Below, in pieces: positions 19,979-31,100 of a stretch of DNA of 64,000 nucleotides; positions within the stretch are counted from its first letter, which is position 1; every line of letters begins with the position of its first letter. Made by a program: the position numbers and the translations under genes. The stretch comes from Nitrospirota bacterium. GTDB lineage: Bacteria; Nitrospirota; Nitrospiria; Nitrospirales; Nitrospiraceae. Below the pieces are notes generated by a model. It worked only from the letters and a program-made list of their open reading frames with translations, was not told the DNA's origin and made no database searches. Where the stretch lies: positions 32,001-96,000 of the forward strand of contig CAVPGK010000012.1 of NCBI GenBank assembly GCA_963703955.1, written 5' to 3'.

Positions 19979-20416
19979 ATGCATCAAAATACCAAGACTA
20001 TCGTTCTCATCCACGGCCTGTGGATGACCCCCCGGAGTTGGGATCATTTCCGCCGCTTTTACGAAGAGCGTGGATAACGCGTGTTGACGCCGGCGTGGCC
20101 CCGCCTGCAGGGTGAGGTGGAAGATGTACGCCGCGATCCGTCGGCGCTTGCAGGCCTGGGCGTCTCCGAGATTGCCGACCACTACGAGAAATTTGTTCGG
20201 GCCCTCGACGAACCACCCATCCTCATGGGCCACTCGTTCGGTGGACTGATTGTGCAGATGCTCTTGGATCGCGGGCTGGGCGCCGCCGGAGTGGCCATCG
20301 ACGCCGCTGCCCCCAAAGGAATACTGCGGCTGCCGTTTTCGGCGATCAAGGCGGCGAACCCCGTGTTGTCGAACCCCGCCAACTACAAGCGGCGGAAGCT
20401 CGCGGCCCAAGCGTGA
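19979..20416 (+). pseudogene. Alpha/beta hydrolase pseudogene
   Basis: MHQNTKTIVLIHGLWMTPRSW...ERG, in-frame TAA at 20075-20077, then RVLTPAWP...GHSFGG; homology appears to end near 20395 with the C-terminal half missing. Confidence 0.8.
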
Positions 20417-20561
20417 CGCAATCACGCACGAACTATAAAAAAGAAACATGTGGCAACACACCAAAAGGGAATGATAAAGACTGCCCGAAAAGGAGTAGAT
20501 TGAAGCCTCTGTTCCACAAGGAGAGGTTTCCTGGTGAGGAATATCAAGTGAAGGAGCTACC

Positions 20562-21585
20562 ATGAAGACACGAACAACCCTCTTAACTGGGACTGCACTA
20601 GCATTATTCCTTACCTCCCATGTCCTTGGCGCCGGGGGACCGCTGGAAAAAAAATACTGACCAGTTTATTCAGGTGCTTGCCGCAAAGGGCGGCCCACCG
20701 ATTTACACGCTCTCGATCGCAGAGGCTCGCAAGGTGCTCGACGACGCACAGTCCGGGCCCGTCAAGAAATTGCCAGCTCAGATCGAAGACCGGACCATCC
20801 CGGGCGGGCCAACCGGTGAAATCTCAATTCGAATCATTCGTCCGAAGCAAGGCACCGGGAAATTACCTGTGGTCATGTATTTCCACGGCGGGGGATGGAT
20901 CTTGGGCAACAAGAACACACACGATCGTCTCGTCCGTGAGATCGCGAACGGCGCGAAGGCGGCCGTTGTATTTGTGAACTACGCTCCATCACCGGAGGCA
21001 AAATATCCCACCGCTATTGAACAGGCATACACCGCGACGAAGTACATCGCCGAGCACGGGAAGACTCTGAATCTCGACTCTACGCGCCTTGCAGTAGCTG
21101 GTGACAGTGTCGGTGGGAATATGGCGGCGGTCGTCACGCTGCTGGCCAAGGAGCGGGGAGGTCCGAAGATCAACCACCAAGTGCTTTTCTACCCTGTCAC
21201 CGATGCCAACCTCGATAATCCCTCGTATAAAGAGTTTGCCAACGATCCTTGGCTTACCAAACCGGCTATGGAGTGGTTCTGGAGCGCCTACGTCCCGGAT
21301 GTTGCCGAGCGGAAAAAGCCGACCATCTCCCCTCTTCAGGCTCCGATCGATCAGCTGAAGGGTTTGCCGCCAGCCCTCGTGATCACCGATGAGAATGATG
21401 TCCTACGCGATGAGGGTGAGGCGTACGCCCATAAACTTAGCCAAGCGGGCGTGAGTGTGACCGCAATGCGCTACCTAGGAACCATCCATGATTTCGTTAT
21501 GCTCAACACCATCATGGACACCCCGGCAGCCCGCAGTGCGATCGGTCTGGCCAACGCAAACTTGCAACGGGCTTTTGCCAAATAA
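20562..21585 (+). CDS. Secreted HSL-family esterase/lipase (alpha/beta hydrolase) with a +1 slip in an A8 run
   Basis: HGGGW, GDSVGG, DVLRDEGEAY, IHDF. Removing one A from 20647-20654 joins signal peptide MKTRTTLLTGTALALFLTSHVLG (AAGGAG RBS) to ORF 20620..21585. Confidence 0.85.
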
Positions 21586-21685
21586 GGACCGGCAGTCGGG
21601 GTTGACTCGGGTCCTAGTTCACCACGCCAGGCCCTGAGCTCGCACCGACGACGGCCAATTCGAGACCGCTACGAGAAGGAGGGCT

Positions 21686-23096
21686 GTGATGAGGACCAAG
21701 ACAGCAATTCACATAGGGGTCATCGTAGGATGGCTCTGTGTCGGGACCCTCGTCCTGGGCATCGCGTATAGCCGTGACAACGACCAGAAGGGAACGAGCT
21801 ACTCGCCCGTCGATATTACGGAGGGTTTCGCCACCATCATGACCCGCATGAAGGCCGCGAAGCCTGAGGTCATGAAGCGGCAGATGGATTTGCTCCATGA
21901 GCGGTATGACTTAGCGAACCGCCCGGCTAAGGATGTCACGATGTCCCGCGGAAAGCCTATCCAGGAAGGCGTACGAGCCAGACTTCCCCAGGGAGTGACC
22001 TGGGAGAAGCTAGAGGCCATGAGCCCCGAAGAGATTCGTGAAAAGGATGTGTTCCCGGCGGGGTTCTTTCCTCTTCCCCACCCAATCACCCAGAAGGCGG
22101 CATGCTTTTCCCCAAGTTCCACATCGACGAGATTCAGAAGCAGGAGGGGCGAGATCTCACCCGCTTTGACCTGGATTTCGATCTGCCCGATCCATTTTCT
22201 TCCCGAGTTCCCGGCGCCCATCTATCTGACGACACGGCCCGACCTCGGTGACGTGTCTCAGGGCAAGTTGGTGACCATGGATAACTATTACGAACTGTTC
22301 AACGGGATTCTGAATCCCAAGCAGCTCGAGGGCTTACGCCTGCTGCGTCACCCCGTTCCCGCAGCAACAGTTCAACCAGACTGAGGACCGGCGCACGGCG
22401 CGCCCCAGCCGTGGCGTCATCTGCTTCGATTGTCATGCCAACGGCCATACGAATGCCAGCACCCATTTGGTCGGCGACATCCGCCCCCAGGAGTTCCGTC
22501 ATCGCCTTGACACGCCTTCGCTGCGCGGCGTGAATATCCAGCGTCTGTTCGGCTCACAGCGAGCGCTGAAGAGCGTCGAGGACTTCACGGAGTTTGAACA
22601 GCGCGCGGCCTACTTTGACGGGGATCCGGTGATCGCCACGAAAAAAGGCGCCAACATCCTGGAACGAGGGAGCCAGGTGCACTTCATGGCGGAGTTCCAA
22701 GCGCTCCTGGACTTCCCGCCGGCACCCAAACTCGGCATCGACGGCAAGCTAAATCCGAAAAAGGCCACCGAGTCTGAGATGCGCGGGCAGGCCCTGTTCT
22801 TTGGCAAAGCCAAGTGCGCGAGCTGCCATCAACCGCCCTACTATACGGACAATCTCATGCACAACCTGAAGGTGGAGCGCTTCTATAAGCCGCGCATGAT
22901 CAACGGCAGGATGGCGTCAGCCGACGGCCCCATCAAGACATTTCCCTTGCGCGGCATCAAGGACTCGCCGCCCTATCTGCATGACGGCCGGCTGCTGACG
23001 ATCGAGGACACCGTCGAGTTCTTCAACCTGATTCTGGAGCTCAAGCTGACCGAGGTGGAAAAGAAAGATCTGGTAGCGTTCCTCCGCGCACTATAG
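21686..23096 (+). CDS. Exported di-heme cytochrome c peroxidase-superfamily protein, about three frameshifts
   Basis: Signal peptide; reconstructed CFDCH (near 22420) and CASCH; DTPSLRG, TFPLRGIKDSPPYLHDGR; indels near 22083, 22190 and 22345. Confidence 0.75.
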
Positions 23097-23166
23097 CAAC
23101 CTCTGATAGAATGAATTGGCTTTCCTGACGCTGTAAGCAGGAACCTAGAGGAGAGGAGTGTATCTA

Positions 23167-24106
23167 ATGACCGACCTAACGCGTCGCGATATCCTCATTG
23201 GTGGTGCGGCCATGGAAGCGGCTGCAGCACTTCCAGCCAAGATCATTGCCGCAGTCGCCAAAACGGAAACTTCAGGATCCCCCAGCAGTAACAAAGGAGG
23301 ACATCCCATGACGGCGATCATGACCAAAGATGGCACGCAGATTTACTACAAGGACTGGGGCAAAGGGACAGCCAGTGGTCTTCAGCTATGGCTGGGCGCG
23401 GACGCTTTTGAAGGCCAAATGTTCTTTCTCGCGTCCCGCGGATACCGCTACATCGCCCATGATCGCCGCGGCCATGGCCGCTCGAGCCAGCCCTGGAACG
23501 GCAACGACATGGACACTTACGCCGACGACCTCGCGACCCTGGTCAAGAATCTCGACCTAAAGAACGCAATTCATGTCGACCACTCTACCGGGGGTGGTGA
23601 AGTCGCCCGGCACGAAGCGCGTGGCCAAGGCCGTGCTGATCGGCGCAGTACCGCCGCTGATGCTGTAGACGGCCGCCAATCCCGGCGGCTTGCCGATCGA
23701 GGTTTTCGACGACATCCGCGCCAAGGTCCTGGCCGATCGCTCGCAGTTCTGGAAGGATCTCACCCTGCCGTTCTACGGCTATAACAGGCCGGGCGCGATG
23801 ATCTCGGAGGGGGTGCGCGAGTCGTTTTGGCTTCAGGGAATGATGGCCGGTTTCCCCGCCGCCTACTTCTGCATCAAGGCGTTCTCGGAGACGGACCTCA
23901 CCGAGGATCTCAAGAAGATGAACGTGCCGACGCTGATCATGCACGGGGACGACGATCAAATCGTGCCCATCGGAGCCTCGGCCATGCTCTCGTCCAAGAT
24001 CGTCAAGAATGCGACGCTCAAGGTCTACAAGGGTGCGCGGCACGGCATGTGCACGACGCACAAGGACCAGGTCAACGCCGATCTACTCGCGTTCCTCAAG
24101 GCGTAA
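23167..24106 (+). pseudogene. Non-heme chloroperoxidase/perhydrolase (Cpo-like alpha/beta hydrolase) pseudogene with a Tat-like leader
   Basis: [39 protein letters not shown]; short deletions in the HGWPLS and YIGRHG segments and an in-frame TAG at 23666-23668. Confidence 0.82.
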
Positions 24107-24191
24107 AGGAGACGAATAGGTCTGGGGAACTCGAGCTGTAAGGTTCGCAATACGCACAGATCGTGGACCGAGCTTAGCTTGTGGAGTTTTT

Positions 24192-25115
24192 ATGAATGTA
24201 CAGCCAGGCATCCTTGAACCGCAGCAAGAGCATCTGGACGTCATCTTCCTCAACGCCACCACAAGCAACCACACCACACTCCTAGGCGCGCTCCAACGCC
24301 TCTCCGAGGATGCGGCACGCCTCATGGAGCAACACGTGGCATCCGAACTGACTGTGACCGTCGGCTTCGGCAGCGGATTCGTGGACAAGTTCTCGCCCAA
24401 GCGGCGGCCGAAAGCACTGCGTTCCATGCCACGCTTTGAGGGCGACGAGTACGACCCTGCGGAGACACAGGCAGATATGGTCGTGCAAATCTGCAGCAAC
24501 GTGAAGTTCGCGAACCACACCGCAGGCGAGAAACTCCTCGGCCTCCTTAGTCGGGCGTTCACACCCAAGGCATACCATCAGGGATTCACCTTCCCGGGTA
24601 GTCGCGGCGTGCTCGGCTTTATCGATGGCACGGCCAACCCGGGCACTGAGGACCGGCCCAGCGTAGTGCTCGTCGGCGACGCCGATCCCGCCTTCAGGGA
24701 CGGCTCATACATGCTCTTCCGCAAGATCCGCGAGGACGTGGCCGCCTGGAACAAGCTCTCTCTCAGGGCACAGGAAGACGCCATGGGTCGTCGCAAGGCC
24801 GACAGCGCGGAGTATCCCGACGCCCCCACGACAAGCCACAAGAAGAAAAGCGACGTGAAGGTGGGCCGACGTGATATCAAAATCTACCGGCGCTCGTATC
24901 CCTTTTGGTCGCCCTTCGAGACCGGGCTGCTGTTCATCTGCTACCAGGCGGACCCGGGCCAGTACGAGACTATTAAGAAGAGCATGGTCAGTAAGGCCAA
25001 GGGTGGTCATGACTGTCTGGAGGAATACTATCATGCCGTGGAAGGCGGGTATTACTTCATGCCGCCTCGGCCGACAAACAGGGCAGGTTTCATTGGTGCT
25101 TTTCTGTTCCGGTAA
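24192..25115 (+). CDS. Dyp-type (dye-decolorising) heme peroxidase
   Basis: QPGI, LGFIDGTANP (GxxDG), GSYM, QEDAMGRRK, proximal SH, IYRRSYP, GLLFICYQ, GGYYFMP. Confidence 0.9.
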   Translation: MNVQPGILEPQQEHLDVIFLNATTSNHTTLLGALQRLSEDAARLMEQHVASELTVTVGFGSGFVDKFSPKRRPKALRSMPRFEGDEYDPAETQADMVVQICSNVKFANHTAGEKLLGLLSRAFTPKAYHQGFTFPGSRGVLGFIDGTANPGTEDRPSVVLVGDADPAFRDGSYMLFRKIREDVAAWNKLSLRAQEDAMGRRKADSAEYPDAPTTSHKKKSDVKVGRRDIKIYRRSYPFWSPFETGLLFICYQADPGQYETIKKSMVSKAKGGHDCLEEYYHAVEGGYYFMPPRPTNRAGFIGAFLFR

Positions 25116-25165
25116 TTGGTTCTTCAGGTATTTAGACTGACATGCGTCCTTGAAGGGGCATATGT

Positions 25166-25625
25166 ATGGCTGCTGACGTATGGCCGCCGTTGCCATTGCA
25201 AGATTGGAAGGACACCTATGCGACGCTTCACATGTGGACGCAAATCGTCGGCAAGATCCGGCTTGCACAAACACCGCCGTTCAATCACTGGTGGAATGTC
25301 ACTCTCTACGTCACGTCTCGCGGACTGACGACATCAGCGATGCCGTACGATGATCGCATTTTCGAGATGGAATTCGATTTTCTAGATCACAACCTGCTCA
25401 TCAAATCCAGTGACGGCGGCTCCAAGGCCGTCCGGCTCTACCCGCGCTCTGTGGCCGACTTTTATCGGGAAGCGCTGGCGGCCCTGCAATCGCTTCGCAT
25501 CCCTGTGACCATCTGGAGCAGGCCGGTGGAGGTGGAAGACCGAACACCCTTTGAACAGGATCAGACGCATGCGGCCTATGATCCAGAATATGCGCAGCGT
25601 GTCTGGCGCATTCTGCTGCAGACAA
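25166..25625 (+). pseudogene. 5' half of a DUF5996-family gene, truncated
   Basis: WPPLPLQDWKDTYATLHMWTQIVGKIRL..NHWWNVTLYVTSRGLTT; homology stops after WRILLQT and the rest of ORF 25166..25867 is read-through. Confidence 0.75.
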
Positions 25626-25629
25626 GAAG

Positions 25630-25704
25630 ACACCAGCCGGGCAACGGTATCAGCCCGGTGAGCACTGGCGATGGTGCTACCCCGACGAGCTGTTCATGGA
25701 ATAG
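25630..25704 (+). pseudogene. 3' remnant of a UBP-type zinc-finger protein gene
   Basis: An alternative frame reads QRYQPGEHWRWCYPDELFME*, resembling the PGEDWxWCYxDE C-terminus of bacterial zf-UBP proteins. Confidence 0.6.
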
Positions 25705-25808
25705 CCAACGTAGGAGAGGAATGGCATGGAAGACCAAGGAAAAGATCAGGCTGGATGACTGCCCCGGCTTCCTATTACGGCCAGAGTCATCATTCCGAAC
25801 ACTGAACG

Positions 25809-25847
25809 TTTCAGGAGCCATGCGGTTCCATTGCGTGGCTCCTGAAA
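25809..25847. terminator. Long stem-loop, probable terminator
   Basis: TTTCAGGAGCCATGC...GCGTGGCTCCTGAAA. Confidence 0.55.
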
Positions 25848-25884
25848 GACTACCCTCCGCCAGATGAGAGCCAGCTTAGTCAGA

Positions 25885-25933
25885 TGACGAACTCCATCGT
25901 CACTGACGACCTCTCGTCATCGTCACGTCGTCA
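25885..25933. promoter_or_regulatory. Cluster of TGACGA/TCGTCA half-sites, candidate upstream activator sequence
   Basis: TGACGA-N6-TCGTCA, TGACGA-N4-TCGTCA and two more TCGTCA copies, about 95-140 bp upstream of the sigma54 promoter. Confidence 0.45.
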
Positions 25934-25985
25934 CTACGGCCGTTTTCCACACATCCATTTCCGACGCTGGAGAGATTGTTCCGTT

Positions 25986-26003
25986 GTCACAAGTACTTGT
26001 GAC
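25986..26003. promoter_or_regulatory. Perfect 18-bp palindrome, candidate operator
   Basis: GTCACAAGTACTTGTGAC; a second palindrome TCCTAATTAGGA lies at 26011-26022. Confidence 0.5.
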
Positions 26004-26026
26004 GGAATTGTCCTAATTAGGAGATG

Positions 26027-26041
26027 TGGAACGGTCCTTGC
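26027..26041 (+). promoter_or_regulatory. Sigma54 (-24/-12) promoter
   Basis: TGGAACGGTCCTTGC has exact GG-N10-GC spacing and is one mismatch from TGGCAC-N5-TTGC. Confidence 0.65.
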
Positions 26042-26127
26042 CGTTCGGTATTGGCAGACCAAGTGTCGGCTGGGCTGGTGAACGAACAGTTCATCCAACG
26101 ATCGAGAACTGAAAGGGAGGTCGAGTC

Positions 26128-26253
26128 ATGAAAGAACCTTCTATCTGGATGTGGTATCTGATGTTTTTGAGCGTCCCGCTGATGATGCTGGCGCCCTTTG
26201 TAAATGACATGATGAAAGCGCCGGCTGGTCAAGCAACGAGCGCTCGCAACTGA
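26128..26253 (+). CDS. Small Met-rich membrane peptide (41 aa)
   Basis: Below the ORF-track cutoff. AAGGGAGG RBS; MKEPSIWMWYLMFLSVPLMMLAPFVNDMMKAPAGQATSARN*. Confidence 0.55.
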   Translation: MKEPSIWMWYLMFLSVPLMMLAPFVNDMMKAPAGQATSARN

Positions 26254-26285
26254 ATGCAACAGTAAGGAAGGGAGATTGGGCATCC

Positions 26286-26654
26286 ATGGGACACGTCATC
26301 ATTAGTTCCATTATTCTGAGCATATTCGCGTTCGCCCCCTATGGATTTGCCGAGGTGGGCGGCCAACACATCCCCGGGACGCATGTGAAGGTCTCCGGAG
26401 TCGTCTCAAAGGTGCAATCGGGCGCGCTCTTCATCAAGACCTCGCGTGGACAGATGACCGCGTCGGCAGGCGGGCTCAAGGGTTTCAAGATCGGCGACGA
26501 GGTTGATGTCTGGATGAATGAAAGCAATACGGTCATCGAGGTGCGTCGGGCAAGCGTCAAGATGAATGTTCGAGAACGTCCGCTTATGAAGTCCGCCCAC
26601 CGCTCCGGAGCCGACGCGGCAGTCACGAAAATCGATCCGGGCCTGATCTTCTGA
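26286..26654 (+). CDS. Exported small beta-barrel (OB-like) protein of unknown function; C-terminus may be degraded
   Basis: Signal peptide ending YGFA; VSGVVSKVQSG...FKIGDEVDVWMN pattern; GGGAG RBS. Confidence 0.6.
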   Translation: MGHVIISSIILSIFAFAPYGFAEVGGQHIPGTHVKVSGVVSKVQSGALFIKTSRGQMTASAGGLKGFKIGDEVDVWMNESNTVIEVRRASVKMNVRERPLMKSAHRSGADAAVTKIDPGLIF

Positions 26655-26903
26655 AAGGTCCAGAAAGCGAGACCCATGTTTGTTGCCGCTGACTGGCTGT
26701 GATCTGAGCGAGATGACAAGTTGCCGTGGCTTGGTGCACGGTCCTCACCAGGGAGGACGCGCGACGAGGCCAAGATCCACAGTCGGTGAATCGGCTCATG
26801 CTTCTCACGGCGTGCGCTTGCAATTTCTCCTCTTGCATACGAGTCTCGTGCCAGCTTACCTTTAGTACGGAAAAGGCATTCTAATTCTAAGGGGGAACGA
26901 GAC

Positions 26904-28100
26904 ATGCCGGTCGCCATCTGGACCATCAGACTCTCAGCCATCTTTCTCTTGGGTGTGGGAACGGCAGGATTGTTGGGCTGTAAGAAGGAGGCCGCGTCAA
27001 CGCCTGCTCCTCCTATACCCCAGGTCGAGGTGGTCATTGCCAGCCCACAGACTGTGTCTGATGAACCGGAATTCATTGGCCAAGCTGAGGCCTCCCGCAT
27101 TGTCGAGATTCGACCGCAGGTGACGGGGATGATCAAACAGCGCTTCTTCCGCGAGGGAGGTGACGTCAAGAAGGGCGATCCCCTGTATCAGATCGATCCG
27201 GTGCCATTCAAGGCGGCGGAGATCAGCGCCAAGGGAAGGGTCTCGCAAGCCGAGGCTCGGCTCGTCCAGGCTCAGCAAAATCATGCTCGCGTGAAGCCGC
27301 TCCTGGCGGAACAGGCTGTGAGCCAAAAGGATGTCGATGATGCGGTCGCAGAACAACTTGCCGCCAAGGCTGCTCTGGAAGGCGCCAAGGGAGATCTGGT
27401 CAAGGCCAAATTCGATCTCGATAATACGAACATCGTCGCGCCAATCGACGGCCTGATCGAGCGAACCCGCTATTACGAGGGCCGGCTGGTCACCGCCCAG
27501 ACCGACCTCCTGACCATCATCCACCAGGTGGACCCCATGTACGTCATCGTGAGCGCCCCGGAGAGCTTTCTGCTGAAGCGGAGACGGGACATCATCGCCA
27601 AGCGGATTCAGCACCCGGGGATCTACCAATTGACGGGCAGGATTACCTTTGTTGACGGCACCACTTATGAACACGAGGGCGTCTTGGATTTTGCCGACGT
27701 CGGTCTGCGTACCGAGACAGGGTCCCGGCAGGCCCGCGTGGTCTTCCCCAATCCCGAACGGGTCCTGCTGCCCGGCCAGTTCGTCACCGTGCTCTTCCAC
27801 GGCGTGTCGAAGCCTAATGTCATCCTGGTTCCGCAGCGAGCGGTGCAGCAGGGACCGAAGGGCCCTGTTCTGTATGTGGTCGGGGCCGACGACCACGTAG
27901 AGATCCGCGATGTCCAGGCTACGAGTTGGCAGGGCAAACAGTGGCTCATCGAGGAAGGGCTGCGCGTAGGCGAACAGGTAGTGGTGGACGGCTTCCAACG
28001 AATCATTCCCGGACAGCCGGTCAAACCGGTTCCCTACACGGTGGCCGATGCCACTCCCGCGAACCAGCCGACTGGCACCAAGACGGAGCAGACGAAGTGA
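26904..28100 (+). CDS. RND efflux periplasmic adaptor (AcrA/MexA-type lipoprotein)
   Basis: Lipobox LLGC, VEIRPQVTG, GDPLYQIDP, IVAPIDG, LLPGQFV, LVPQRAV. Confidence 0.93.
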   Translation: MPVAIWTIRLSAIFLLGVGTAGLLGCKKEAASTPAPPIPQVEVVIASPQTVSDEPEFIGQAEASRIVEIRPQVTGMIKQRFFREGGDVKKGDPLYQIDPVPFKAAEISAKGRVSQAEARLVQAQQNHARVKPLLAEQAVSQKDVDDAVAEQLAAKAALEGAKGDLVKAKFDLDNTNIVAPIDGLIERTRYYEGRLVTAQTDLLTIIHQVDPMYVIVSAPESFLLKRRRDIIAKRIQHPGIYQLTGRITFVDGTTYEHEGVLDFADVGLRTETGSRQARVVFPNPERVLLPGQFVTVLFHGVSKPNVILVPQRAVQQGPKGPVLYVVGADDHVEIRDVQATSWQGKQWLIEEGLRVGEQVVVDGFQRIIPGQPVKPVPYTVADATPANQPTGTKTEQTK

Positions 28101-31100
28101 GTCCGCGCTTTTTCATCGATCGCCCCATCTTTGCGTCTGTCTTCTCCATCATCATCGTGGTGGTAGGCCTTGTGTCCTTGGAGGCCCTCCCAATTGCTCA
28201 GTTTCCGGAAATTACGCCGCCGGTGGTCCAGATCGATGCCGACTATCCCGGCGCGAGCGCGGAGGTGATAGCGGATTCGGTGGCGCGCCCCATCGAAGTG
28301 CAGCTCCCCGGCATTGACAATCTCCTCTACTACGACTCCACCAGCACCAACGATGGCCACATGACCATCAGGCTCACGTTCGAGATCGGGACGGACGTGG
28401 ATATTGCCCAGGTCCAGACACAGAACCGCGAAAAGCTGGCGGAACCGCAGATCCCGAATGAGGTCATTCGCCAAGGCATCTCGGTGAAAAAAGTATCCCC
28501 GGATCTGCTGGCGGTCGTGGCTCTGAGTTCCAGCGATCCCAGACACGACACCGTCTTTCTCTCTAACTATGCCATTCTCCGCGTGGTGGATAATATCAAG
28601 AGGCTTAAAGGCATGGGGGACGCCTACGTGTTCGGTCAGCAGAACTACAGTATGCGGTTGATCCTGGACCCGATCCGGATGGCGCAATTCGAGTCTCACG
28701 CCGACCGATATCGCGAACGTCGTCCGCGAGCAGAATCGAGACTTTCCGGCCGGCACCGTGGGGCGGGAGCCGGCACCCAAAGGAACCGAACTCACGATCC
28801 CTGTGATTACGCTAGGCCGCTTGACGGAAGTGAAGGACTTCGAGGACATGATCGTGAGGGCCCTTCCGAACGGCTCCATGGTAAGACTGAAAGATGTCGC
28901 CAAGGTCGAGTTGGGCGCCCAATCCTATGCCCTCGAAGGCCGGTGGAACGGTAAGCCCAACGTGTTTCTCTTAACCTTCCTGTCACCCGGAGCCAACGCT
29001 CTCGACACCGTGAAACGGGTCCGCAAGGAGATGGGAGAGGTAGCCAAGAGTTTCCCCACGGGGGTGTCGTGGGACATTCCTTATGACACGACCAAATTCA
29101 TCGAGGTGTCCATTGAGGAAGTCGTCAAGACCTTGGGGGCAGCGATGGTTTTGGTCATCCTGGTCGTCTATCTCTTTCTCCAGAGCTGGCGAACCACGTT
29201 GATTCCCGGCGTGGCGGTTCCGGTCTCCCTCATCGGCACCTTTGCCGGCATGCAGGCGCTCGGGTTCTCCATCAACACCCTGACGCTGTTCGGCATGGTG
29301 CTGGCCATTGGGATGGTGGTGGATGACGCGATCGTGGTCGTCGAGAACGTTGAGCGCCACATGAAGGAAGAATGTTGCTCCTCCAAAGAAGCCGCCAAGA
29401 GGGCCATGGATGAGGTCACCGGACCAGTGATCGCGATCGTGCTCGTCCTCTGTTCCGTGTTCGTGCCGGTGGGCTTCCTGGGAGGGATTACGGGCCAGCT
29501 CTATAAGCAATTTGCGATCACCATCGCCATGTCCGTGACGATCTCAGGGTTGGTGGCCCTCACGCTCAGCCCGGCCCTCTGTGCGCTGGTGCTGAAGCCG
29601 GGGAGCGAGGAGGGTCAACGCAAAGGCTTGTTCGCGCTCTTCAACAAGTTCTTTGATTGGACGAGAGACCGCTACACCGCAGTCGCTGGACTGGTCATCA
29701 AACGGGCGGCGCTGGCGCTGGTAGTCTTCGGCGCCGTGATCGCCCTCAGCGTCGGTCTCTTCCGGGTTCTCCCGTCCAGCTTCTTGCCGGATGAAGACCA
29801 GGGCTATTTCCTCACCATGATACAGCTTCCTGACGGGGCCTCCAAGCAACGGACCGATGCGGTCCTGAGCAAAGTGGAACGCTACTTTCTTTCGATTCCA
29901 GCGATCCATTCGACGGATGCGTTGTCCGGCCTTAACTTCGTCTTCAACACGCAGAGGGCCAAATGCCGCAACGATGTTCTTGCCGTTGCATCACTGGGAT
30001 GAACGACAAGGGCCGCATCAACATGTGAAAGCCCTCATCGGTGCAGCCTACGGAGAATTTGCGAAGATCCCCGAGGCGCTCATCTTGGCCTTCAACGCTC
30101 CTTCCATCAGGGGACTCGGCGCCACGGGGGGCTTTTCTGTGCAACTGCAGGACCCCAGCGGCGGGGACTTCACCAAGTTTGCCGCCGTCGATCAAGAGTT
30201 CCTCGCCAAGGCCAGACAGGACCCGGCCATCGGGGCCATTGGGACCAGCTTCCGCGTGAGTTCTCCGAGACTGTACGCCCACGTGAACCGGGAGCGAGCC
30301 AAGGCGTTGGGGGTTCCCATCTCCGAAGTCTTCGACACCCTCCAGGCCTTTTTCGGCAATCTGTACGTCAATGATTTCCTCAAATTCGGCCGCGTCTATC
30401 GGGTACAGACGGAGGCCGAGGCGCAGTATCGATCCAAACCCGAGGACATCTCCAAGATTTACGTGCGTGCCCTGAACGGACAAGGTCCGTCCATGATTCC
30501 GCTCGACACGGTGGTGACAACGGAATTCACCAGTGGGCCTGATCCCGTGACACACTTCAACGGATTCAACACAGCCTTGGTGCTGGGGGCGGCGGCTCCG
30601 GGGTACAGTTCTGGACAGGTGCTCGATGCACTGGAGCGGGTGGGCCGGGAGGTGCTGATCCCTCAGGGCTACGGGATTGACTGGAGCGGGATTACGTACC
30701 AAGAACGCCACGTCGGGCGACAGTCGGTCTTTGCCTTCGCGTTCGGCTTGCTGATGGTGTTTCTCGTGCTGGCCGCCCAGTACGAGAGCTGGACCGTTCC
30801 TTTCGGCGTGATCCTGGCCGTGCCCTTCGGCGTCTTCGGAGCCTTGTCCGCGGTGTGGGTTCGGGGGATGTCCAACGACATCTACTTCCAGATTGGATTG
30901 GTCACGCTGATCGGGTTGTCCGCCAAGAACGCGATTCTGATCGTCGAGTTTGCCAATAAACGGTACGAGGCGGGCATGCCAGGCGTCGATGCCGCGATCG
31001 AGGCCGCCAAGCTCCGGTTCCGCCCGATCATCATGACCTCGATGGCATTCATCCTGGGTGTCGTGCCTCTCGTGCTGGCCACGGGTGCCGGAGCTGCCAG

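Noticed and set aside
25050..25115. Possible encapsulin cargo-loading peptide at the Dyp C-terminus (AGFIGAFLFR)
   Set aside because: Poor match to the GSLxIGSL-type motif, no long linker, and no encapsulin gene nearby
26808..26822. Sigma54-like CGGCGTGCGCTTGCA upstream of the RND operon
   Set aside because: GG-to-GC spacing is 9 nt, not the required 10
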